Assembly: GCA_029953675.1 (NCBI GenBank)
Contig: JAMWBK010000010.1
Location: 62,001-126,000 of the forward strand
Direction: 5' to 3'
Origin: Rhodosorus marinus CCMP1338
Lineage: Eukaryota; Plantae; Rhodophyta
Length of the DNA stretch: 64,000 nucleotides
The notes beneath the pieces are model-generated. The model made no database searches. It was given only the letters and a program-made list of their open reading frames with translations, and was not told the origin of the DNA. Below, one piece after another: positions 25,301 to 35,239 of this stretch (its first letter is position 1; the number at the start of each line of letters is the position of its first letter). A program made the position numbers and the translations under genes.

Positions 25301-25946
25301 CGAGCTTGGCCGGGAGCAATCTGCAAGAATTGTACTTGCTATCAACAATAGAAGCGTTGACGAGGACGAGAATGCTCGGAGCTGGAAACGTGTTCAAGAG
25401 AATGCAAAAGCAGCCAGAGAACTCTCGCAGCTGTTCGACATACCTAAAATTCCGAGGCGGATCGAGGCCTTTGATATCAGTCACTTTTACGGTCAATATA
25501 CGGTGGCAAGCAGAGTGGTTTTCCTCGATGGTGAGCCAGCACGACATCTGTATCGAAGCTACAAGCTTGAGCAGGTCAACGATGACTTCAGCTCCATAAA
25601 CAAAGCCGTATCAAAGCGTTTGAAGTCCAAGGAGCAGCTACCTGATCTGATGATAATTGACGGAGGAAAGGGACAGCTCAGTGCAGCTGTGAACGCAATT
25701 AAGGATGTTGGGAGTGTGGACGAGTTACGTGTGTGCGCCATTGCGAAGCAGGAAGAAGAAATAGTTGTGCCCGGACAGCTTAAGTCCCTAGATACCAACA
25801 TCGAAAGCGCTGCCATGCTTCTAGTTCGGCATGTTCGCGACGAGAGTCATCGACACGCAATCTCAAAGATGAGGAATGCGCGAAGGGATGTGTTTCTAGA
25901 AGATGCCAATTTATCTGCCCAGTCAAAGCAAAGTGTTGAGGACTGA
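22352..25946 (+). CDS. uvrB-uvrC: UvrB-UvrC fusion excinuclease (about 1137 aa) with an N-terminal organellar targeting-like extension; introns 23647-23734 and 23949-24041
   Basis: UvrB motifs: GATGTGKT, NKTLAAQL, YYDSFQPEAY hairpin, VDESH, GFRLPSALDNRPL (restored by splicing), VSATP, NLLREGIDLPEV, QMVGRAAR. These run in frame into UvrC motifs: GVYMWK...YIGKAKNLRSRVSSY, IEAFDISH, IIDGGKGQ, RDESHR. Confidence 0.93.
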
Positions 25947-26329
25947 CTGGATCGAGCGCTTGGGTTGTATGTTTATTTATTAGTTTTGTCCTATGTAAAG
26001 AATGAAGCCAGGCATCTGGCTCTCTAGTACTACTGGAAAAATATGTGCGGAACTCTGAAGACCCGGGGGGTTGCAGGTTGCGAAGGCGCCAGGAGCCAGC
26101 GCAGCCCTCATCCAGCATGCAGGGATTAGGGTTGATTAACGTCTACAACGGCTGAAGGCCTGCACTGAGCGGTCTTTGCATTGAATCCGGTAACCATCGA
26201 GCTGTCATAGGGGCCCCCAAAAGGTCTTGGTAGAGCACTGGGATCGGGCATGTCTGCATCACATCTTGCACAGATATCCGCAAAAATTGCCTATTCCGCT
26301 CCCTGATTAACTTCTGTCCCTTTGATCAA

Positions 26330-26760
26330 AACTTGTGCAGCTTTTTTTGAGGCACTCGCTTATGGACGAGGGGCTTCTAATCGTCCAGGCCAGCAGGCAA
26401 ATAACTGTCAACGCAAGCTTTCAGCTGTACGAAATTCTGTGCACTCGTTTGGTCAGAAGATGGATGCTAATGACCCGATCAGAAGCGAAGGCCATTCACT
26501 ATTCAGAATCAGCTTCTCGATGATGTAGTCGAGCTTGATGCTGAACATTTACATTTTTAGCATTTTGTATGTCGAAGTTAGGAGGCGTCAGGAATGGTTT
26601 TATGGCATGCTGACTGAAGGCCCGAAAGGGATTGAAGAGCAGGCGCAGGACGCATAGAGGAGAACTTTTAACGAACGGCTTTGTTTGCAAGCGAAAGTTA
26701 GAGTGCAGAAGTATCACATGCTTGTTTCCAGACGTTTAAAAGCCAGAAATTCGGGAATCA
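26330..26760 (+). pseudogene. Possible heavily decayed Harbinger/ISL2EU-like DDE transposase fragment
   Basis: Broken-frame pieces NRPG...QRKL...VHSF, GFMAC*L and IEENFNERL...VRV...RLKAR resemble DDE_Tnp_4 motifs (E..FN..L...RV.VE...G.LK.R). There are several stops and frameshifts. Confidence 0.35.
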
Positions 26761-26803
26761 GTGAAGGTCGACCTGATTACCCTCGTATTTCTGTGGCCTT
26801 GGT

Positions 26804-27672
26804 ATGGAAGATGGAAGGAGTTCAGGTATGAGTGAAGGCGTATCTGACCTGGAGGACAGAGTTGGGATTTCTCAGCGATCCTTGCAGAAGGCTTTGAATA
26901 TATTGAGAGGTGGTGGTAGTCGAAGGTGGAGTGCCGAAGCCGCTGGAAGTGTTCTGTTGTCGGCGCTGGAGATCAATGTCTTTTCAACTGACGGAGCGAA
27001 GGACGGAGAAAAGAAGGTTACACTCAACGAAAAGTGGGAGGAGGTACAAGATCGTGCAAAGCTCAGTAGAAAGTCTCAGCTGTCGACTCACTCTTTAAGA
27101 AACCGACTGCTTAAGACCATAGTCGCATTCGAGATCGCCCAAGAGACTCCTCTGTCCGAAAGCACTAAGAACAAGCTTATCCCGCAGGACTGGCGAGAAG
27201 CTTTTAGGTAACCAGTGCTATCAGTGCCAAGCATGTATATATATCATTAGGTTGTGCTGACATACGAAAAACCGCTTTTCGGGAAATCAGATTATTGCAT
27301 GAGCTTGCAGAGCTTAAGGCGTCGGCAAGTTTAGAGAAGGAATCGAAGTTATCTCATACCGATAGCAAGGCAGCGAGGAAGAAGCGTCCGCGAGAAGGCT
27401 CCGAGAAAAGTTTGGAAAATGGTGATTTGGAAGGCCTCGGTTCCTACCAAAGGCAGAAGCTTGCTTTGGAGAAGGAAAAGTTTGAGTTCGAGAAACGAAT
27501 TCGGCGAGAAGAGGTTGAGGAAAGCAGAAACGCTCGACTCGCCGACAGACAACTTAGAGAGCTGGAGATGAAGCACCAACTCCAAATTATTGAGAAACAA
27601 CACGAAACGCTGCTAGCTGCAATGGAGACCATGAAAACCATGCTCGCCATGAAGTTTGGTCCTTCCCGTTAG
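26804..27672 (+). CDS. Myb/SANT-like plus coiled-coil protein of the Harbinger companion type; one intron (27208-27290)
   Basis: RRWSAEA...LL...EKWEEV...STHSLRNRL (trihelix-like). Then KKRPR and a charged coil QKLALEKEKFEFEKRIRREEVEE...RELEMKHQ. The GT-AG intron joins both ORFs in frame. Confidence 0.65.
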
Positions 27673-28221
27673 TTCAAACTCGAACTCCATTATCTGAAGC
27701 CTGGACGCAACAATCCTGAAACCCCCCAGATTCCAGCGGAGACAACATTTGTCGAATCCTCACGACTCTGGTTGACAGGAGTATGCAAGTAACAGACAGG
27801 GACATAGCATCACAGCTGATCTTGCGCTTGAATTGGATCCCGCAGAGTATGAGGTTCTCTTCTGGATTCAACTGCTACCCCGAACAAGATTCGTTCGTAG
27901 CAGCCTCTGGCTCTCCTCGCAACCGAATAGCTTCGGAATACATCCTCGCGTTGCTTTCTTCTTCCGATGAGGAAAGCAATGAACGAATAATTTGAACGTC
28001 CTGATCACGTGAATCTGATTCTGAAGAAGTTCAGAGCCCCTCCAAGCTTGCACCAAAGACCTCCCACGAAGCCCTTAAGCGGAGGAGCTCTAATACCAGA
28101 AAAACTACATTTTCACTGGATTTTTCTTTTTGGGTGGTGGAAACTACGTGCTCAATATGCTGCTGTCATCGTGATACCAATCTAACGATCACATAATAGG
28201 CCTTCATTGCATGAACATGGT

Positions 28222-28255
28222 CATGAGAAAGCTGAGGACGTCTTCAGCTTTCATG
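28222..28255. other. Near-perfect palindrome/hairpin
   Basis: aaagctgaggacgtcttcagcttt (28228-28251) is self-complementary with one G-T pair and is flanked by catg on both sides. Confidence 0.7.
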
Positions 28256-29137
28256 CCCTAAGCGCCACTCCGACTTGCTAATTTCCGTTGAAAAAAAATA
28301 AAATAGATTGGTTTACTGAGTGGCGATTTCTGAGCAAAAACGATCTAATTTATTTTTAATTTATTTTTTTCAACCTGGGATTTAATCTGTTGGAGTGATG
28401 ATCAATGAAGGATGCGATGGCTTAGCAGACCTTTAGAACTTCATTCAAGTTTGTGATCCTTTTGTGCTCGACCCTATTGCAGAGGATGATAAGACACAAG
28501 TGTGTGCTATTTCAGCCGGATTACGATCTAGAGTGATGATTAGGAAACGTAAGTTGCTCAGCTACAAGTCATGAGGCAATAGGGCAGAAACCCCTCTTGT
28601 AGTTTTGATTTCTTCCCCATTTCGCAAGATCCACCTGTGTCGATCTCGTCTATTTCGAGCTGTCGAAGAAATCGAAGAGGACTTTACATTTCCACTAGCA
28701 AATTCGGGTCCATCTTTACTTCAAACTGGCCCAAACAGCCTGCAGCCAGGGTTTTATAGCTAGTTGCTGGGTTTTACCGAAGCACAGTCATGAGGTAATA
28801 ATGTAGAAAATACGACTATATACTACTGTTTCGGCCCCTTCATGACCTGTTCAGCCGTTCAAGGCTCTTTTCTCGACTTGGTCGATCGTTCATAACTCTT
28901 TTTGTTCCCTTCAGACCATTCACCACTTCCTTTGGTCCCTACAAGAGCGGCTGTGACCAGGCTTCTGACGTAGGAGCCCTCCTGAACGTTCTTCCTTGGC
29001 CCTCACGCGGGTTGATGGGAAGGTAGCTTCCCCCTTGTCGGACTGGCAGGCCCTTTTTAACCGGGCCGTGGACAACTACTGATGGTCGGAACGAGGTTTC
29101 GATCTTAGAACTCATAGTTTTACTGGAAGTTGCGAGA

Positions 29138-30223
29138 ATGAGCTTGCTCAAGGAGCTGAGCGCAGGTCTGAGCGTGGTCCGAAAGGCCTGCCTTATGGCT
29201 GTAAGGGTCCGGCAGATGGCTAGTGAGGGCTCGGTATCGAAAGCAGATAAGAGCGCGGTAACGATTGCCGACCTTGCGATCCAGGCAAGTGCGTTGCAAG
29301 AACTCACATCATTGTTTTCCGAGGATTCTTTCATTGCGGAGGAATCGTCATTGACGTTGAAGGGAAAACCTGAGCTTTCTGCGCTGGTGCGGGAAGTGCT
29401 TGTAAAGGAAGGGTACGAACTATCGGAAAGCCAAATTCTCGCAAACCTTGACAAAGGTGGCGCGTTGAGCACTTCCGGAAGAGTTTGGACCCTTGATCCT
29501 GTTGACGGAACTAAGGGTTTTATAAGCGGCGGTCAGTACGCTGTGGCCTTGGCGTTTCTCGTGGATGGATTTGTAGAGATCGGGATCATCGGATGTCCTG
29601 CTCTTCCCGACACACTGACCGGGAGTTCTCGACGAGTTGGGTCGATTTTTTACGCTGTCCGAGGACAGGGCGCAATGGAAATCGGCCTAGGCGATGTTTC
29701 CGGAGAGGACCTTAGAGCTGACGATGATGCACCCATTCGCGTAGTTGAGGCTGCCGAAGGCAACTTCACCTCTTACGCCCACTCAGCATTCGTCGCTTCA
29801 ACCCTCGGCTGGGGTAGTGATCCTCCTGTACGCATGGATTCGTGTTGCAAGTATGCTGTGATCGCTAGAGGAGAGGCTTGCTCCTTCATCAAGCAGCCAA
29901 AGGTCTCATACGTCGAGAAAATTTGGGACCATGCAGCTGGAGTGTTGGTACAGCTCAGTGCAAATTCATATGTCTGACTATCGTGGCATGAACAATAGAC
30001 TAAACGCCTGCTCCCCTGTGCAATCGTGTAGATCCTCACGGAAGCTGGTGGAAAGGTGACGGACGGTTCCGGTATACCCTTCAACTTTAGCGCAGGAAGA
30101 CAACTGAATCTCAACAACAGGGGAATCATTGCCTCAGCAAGTGCCTCACTCCATGGTGAAATTCTTAATGCGATTGACGAAGCAAGGGAGGCCTTGGGGG
30201 ATACGTCGGACGAGGAACAGTAA
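29138..30223 (+). CDS. SAL1: 3'(2'),5'-bisphosphate nucleotidase (SAL1/HAL2/MET22 family), one intron
   Basis: KADKSAVTIAD, FIAEES, WTLDPVDGTKGF, EKIWDHAAG, then after the intron ILTEAGGKVTD...GIIA. Confidence 0.92.
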
Positions 30224-30362
30224 CGGAAAATCCCGTAGAGAGTACAACTGGCTCGTATTGTTTATCACGGAAAAGCTTCTTATCTAAATTGGTATTATTA
30301 TTGCGGACCCCCAGAATCGAAGCTAACGCTCTATGTACAATATGAAGGGCATCCACAAACAA

Positions 30363-32117
30363 CTAGGCTTCCAGTAGTTCGTCGAATGTTCGCGCGAGTC
30401 CCGTGCATTGATTATACTTTTTCCAGAGCAGCACCAGAGCATTTGGAGAACGTCAGCAAGCTGTGACAGGAACATATTCCATGGCCACCCGCAGGACTGC
30501 GAGGGGCACTTCCAATGTGTTGAGAGAATGCAAAGGACTCACCAGGTCCAGAAAATCTGACTTAACCGCATAGAATCCGTCTCTTCCGTAGGAGACCACA
30601 CTGCGTCCATTTCTGGGTTGAACCGGCCTTGAATTTCCACCCCAGCCAACTGTGCTAGCATGGAATGCGTCGATCTGTAAGTGTAAGTGCGTTTGCGGCG
30701 GTGTTTTGATTACGTTTTTGGTGGCGTGTAAGATGAAACGTGTATTCGTTAGTTCCTGTGACCAGAGGAATGCTGTGATGCGACACAAGACTACTCGATT
30801 AAGCTGCTTTCATCACCTGATCAAGACTGCACGGCTCAACAGCTTTCGACACAAACCACAACACATTCTCTTGGCATGGTGGCACCGTTCTGGAGCCTAG
30901 GTATGAATAGAACCCACTGCTGTCGCTATACAACGCGTTGATCTGGAAGTTTTCAATAGTGCGATCTGCCTGAGCGAGGTCCGAAGTCACATTGAGCTGA
31001 TCCCACCTGGGAACACCAAAACATCGAGTCAATCTCACCGAAGCAATGCTTTCTGTTCCTTCCGTTGTGAAAGAAGTTGGTATGGAGCGCACCATAAAGG
31101 ATTTAAGGCGGTACTGTTGGTGCGGAGGAGGGTCGCGAACGACACCGCCAGGATAGCTTCTCTTCCAGTTGTCGGTGAAACATGCAGCAGCTGCGCCTCA
31201 AGCCCATGCCGTGTACCATTTCGACTAGTCTCCGCGGGTCCGTGGAATGTAATCTACAAATTGATACCATCACAACCATTGTCACGATAAAAGAGCATCT
31301 GAGAACCGAGAAAAAAAAGGGCGGGAGAGAAGGAGGCCTTTTTCGATCTCGAAATTGTCCGCGCAAGCTACCTCTGTTAGGAAAAAGAGGTCCGACTCCC
31401 AACTCAGAGTACCACAGCTTGTCTCCCCACTGTTCGGGTTTGTCACATTAACATCTTGACAGATATACTTTGGTCCATGCAGAAACTCTGCTTCCGCAAG
31501 GAACGTTCCCGTGGCATGGTTGAAGATATCTCCTATCGAAGTGTCAGCAGAGCTTAATTCGCTGGATCCCGAATCGTCTGGGGAGGTGACTACCGCGTCC
31601 ACGATATTGATAGGACTTTGCGAGGTCCCGCTCCCGCACAGAGCATAATCAGCAGACAGAGTATGCCACTGAGCAATGGGAGAGTCGAGTCCTTTAGAGG
31701 GGAGAGAACGCAGTACGCGACAGGGTGCTGTGATTGTCTGGACTTGACTTACAACTGGAGGTGCGGTCTTCTCATAAACGTAGTTCCAATCATCTGACCC
31801 GAGGTCGTCAGCTAAAACGAGGTATCTCATAAAACCCACGTAAAAAATAAAAGCTAGAACCCAGAAGATTAAGTTCAGGAGTCCCAGCGTTCTGCCCAAA
31901 GCCTGGTAAAGACGCAGCCGCGTGCCAGGGAGTAAGTGACGGATAAACAGCAGATACGCATGCGCGTCACATGTTTTGGGCTGGATTAGCTCGATACCTG
32001 GAGTCGACTGCTTCTTCTCCTCAGCCTGGACATGAAGAATGCATTTTCAATGGGCACAGATTTAATATGTCCAAAATATGGACCCTCTTCCTCTTTCTCG
32101 CCAAACGCATCGGGCAT
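30363..32117 (-). CDS. Alpha-carbonic-anhydrase-like protein with an N-terminal membrane anchor, predicted acatalytic; both ends approximate
   Basis: CGSGTSQSPINI, FYSYLGSRTVPPCQENVLWFV and GNSRPVQPRNGRSV. The Zn-ligand region reads EITFHGPAET...LEAQLLH instead of QFHFH..SEH...ELHLVH. There is a hydrophobic LLNLIFWVLAFIFYVGFM segment. Confidence 0.85.
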
Positions 32118-32947
32118 CTCTGCGCAGAACACGACTCCCAAGTGTTCCGGAACCTTCCAGCCTCCATTAAGAGGCTGCGCCTTCTCATTCAGAGCTGTGT
32201 TCGCGTCTAAAAGAGGATCAAAACCGATTGCGTCACCGATTGGTAACACCCATAGCCCGGCATCTCTGCCAGAAAACTCTGACTTTTCAGTCAACGATGG
32301 TGGTGCTGTATTTCAAGAGACAGAAACGCAAGGTTTTCAGTGCAAAACGCTCAAAAACGCTCAAATAGGGACTGAACAAAGCCCCAGAAAAACATGAAAA
32401 CCGGCATTACCATCCTTCCGGTCGACTGAAGAAACCACCACATCCTCTGAATTGCTCGTTTCCAACGAAGATGAAGCGCTCGATCCAGGAGATAATTTCC
32501 CGGTCAACAAAGTTTTTCTCTCCATCTGATGATCATATCCGATCAGTGCTAAGAAGAACCACTCTGACTATGATCGTCCAAATTCACATCGATTTCACAA
32601 TTCACCCGGCTTTATACCCAACCACCTCCTATTCAAAACGAAACGCCATCTCCATTGCAACCTCAGACGATCTAAATACTATTTAAAAAAAATGCTCGAC
32701 TGAAAACTCCATATAATATTGACTAACCTCGATAAGACATGATTATTGAATATGTATACAGTAATTATCAACACTTTCAAGCTATAAAATGAGTTTGAAA
32801 CAAAAAATAACTATATATAATGACTGTCGTGAATTTTACCATATTCTTCTCGTCCGGGGCTAGTATGACGTAAAAACTCGAAGTTTTTTGTTATTTCTAT
32901 ATAGAAATCCACTCCAGATGAAATAAAAAAGTACGACTGTCATTTCT

Positions 32948-33121
32948 GTCCGATAAAAAAGTCCAGCACTATCCAACAGATATCGGACCAGCAATTGGGT
33001 AATAATAATAGCGCTTATCTCCAGACGAGCGTCTGATAGAAGTTTATCAGACCAGAATAAAAACAAAAAAATAAGAAGTTTGTCCGATAACGGTCCGATA
33101 AGGACCGATTGGCATCCGATA
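32948..33121. repeat. Cluster of about 8 copies of a GTCYGATA(A)-like motif in both orientations
   Basis: Copies at 32948, 32981 (reverse), 33031, 33044 (reverse), 33082 and 33093, with degenerate copies at 33103 and 33114. Confidence 0.75.
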
Positions 33122-33566
33122 TTTCTTCAATCAGCGACGAATATTGATTGAATTACAGTCTTCTTCTTCGGGGACATTGCCAAAGATTGCCTGCTCGATT
33201 CTCGAGAATTATGCTTCATCACTTCAAATCTAAGCAGCAGTGAACCTCCATACCTCATACCCGAGGCGCTTGTCCGAGCAGGAGGTCGAACACGACTTCC
33301 CATGAGGAAAGAACTGTTGGCAAAACCAAGAGAATATACCGCTAGCCAATTTCCTGTATATTCCATTTCGCCACTGGTCGTGTCCTGCCGAGCAGTGAGC
33401 CAGTCAGTCCTCACTTTCGATGCACGGCTTGGTTTATTTACCCGATATGGATTCCCCTTGTCTATGGGAGCTATACACTGCCGCCGCAGGAACATCTGTG
33501 GATCCAAGCCCTACTTGGACGATCCGGAAGGGGTCTTCTGCGCATGGAACAGGTTCGTAAGTAAGT

Positions 33567-35144
33567 ATGCCTCTAGTTGTTGTTTGTGGAGTGCCAGCAA
33601 GCGGTAAATCGACTCTTTCTAGGTAAGCTCGAACGTCTGAGAGGAATCACAATCGTTAACAGCTGCTTCTTAACGGCTTGTTTTCTTCTATCTTGTCAAG
33701 GCTACTGTATGCGAAGCTGAACGATAGTGGGAAGAGCATCGCCCCTATCGTCAGTGATGACGATTGCGGGCTGCCTAGGAATGAAATGTACAGGTGAACG
33801 AAGGAACTGTCCTGGCAGCTTTCTGGCTCGCCTCAATCTCTAACTTTGCGCTTGCGCTACGTTCGTAGAAACTCAGCCGCTGAGAAACAAACTCGCTCAC
33901 TTTTGAAAGCCTCTATTCAGAGGAAGCTAACAAACCGGACCGTCGTTATTGCAGACTCGCTAAACTACATTAAAGTAAGCTACTACACCTTCCTGACACA
34001 CCGGAATTGGAGATGAAGAAAAAATGCCAATCACCCAGACTAATGCCTCAATAGGGCTTCCGTTACGAGCTTTTCTGTGTCGCGAGAGAAGCCGGAACTC
34101 AACTTGTACTGGTATTCTGCAACACAACGGCAGAAGAGTCTGCACTGCGAAATGAAGCCAGGCAACAGCGTGGAGAAGACGCGTACGAGATTGAGGGTGA
34201 GTAAGAACCCTTTTCCGGTAGCTGGGCAACTGCAAAAAAGCAGACGGAATCTCGCAAGGTCTTCGTATTAGCTGCTACTGAGCCATCTTTATCTTTCCTT
34301 CCACACAGTTCTGAACGGACTCCACGACCGTTTTGAGATGCCCACCCAAATGAACCGCTGGGAGCGACCTATGTTCATTGCAAACAATACTGGGAAGGAC
34401 CAAGATAACTTTGGGATAGAACTGGATGAAGTGATCCAATCTATTTGTAGGTTTCGGCCCATCAGCTGTAAAAGTTTTATTGCCTATTCACACCGTAACC
34501 TTCCGTGATCGTTTCTCCCCATCCCGCACCCGCAGTTGATGAGAAGCGGGCCCTGAGACCGAAGTACGTAACGCTTCTCATTCTTACGATATCAATAGAC
34601 AAATACAGTTCAACGATTTCCGCTGTCGAATGTGGTCGTTCCCCATTGCTCAATTTGCTCTTTTCTCCGTCACTTTGTTTTCGGCAGCCAAGCTACAGCG
34701 AAGCCCGAAGTTGCCAACACGGACGCACTTCAGATTTTAGACAGAGCGATGAACGGAGTCGAAAAGTCGCTCACGGAGAGTAAGGTCTAACGCCGATAGA
34801 CTTTGCGCAGAGCTCACGAGCTGCTTTATCTGAACACCTGTGCTTATTCTACCCAAATGTTCCGATGATAAGAACTTCCCTACGCTGAGGAGGGAGATCA
34901 ACTTGTAGTACCACCCGCGCGGAAGAGATTGATACTCATGAGGTGAGCCTACGTCCATAAAAGATTAACAGTTGACTTTCTATCCGGTGTTTCCCGGTAT
35001 CGCGGGTCGCGCGGAAGAAACTCGGCAACTAATCTCTATGTACTGCACAGGACGCCCACCGTAGCGGAAATTAGACGACATCGTCGGGCATATTTGAAGC
35101 TCGCCAACCTCCATCCTCCCACAGGTCGAGTACGCAAACATTGA
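33567..35144 (+). CDS. KTI12: KTI12 (Elongator-associated, PSTK-like), multi-exon; 3' end approximate
   Basis: MPLVVVCGVPASGKSTL, VIADSLNYIK|GFRYELFC, RFEMPTQMNRWERP, AEIRRHRRAYLKLANLHP. Confidence 0.9.
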
Positions 35145-35239
35145 CCAGAACCGCTGGCCTTTCATCGGCAAGGTTTCGTGGTTGTCTCGAGTAGCAATTT
35201 GATTAATTTATATAAGAGCTTGATTGCGTTCGTGGGCTG

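Noticed and set aside
27674-28060. Minus-strand fragments faintly resembling a Harbinger transposase N-terminus
   Set aside because: Similarity is too weak and is interrupted by a stop.
33127-33507. 126-aa minus-strand ORF head-to-head with KTI12
   Set aside because: No domain and ambiguous frame after the putative intron; not supportable as a gene.
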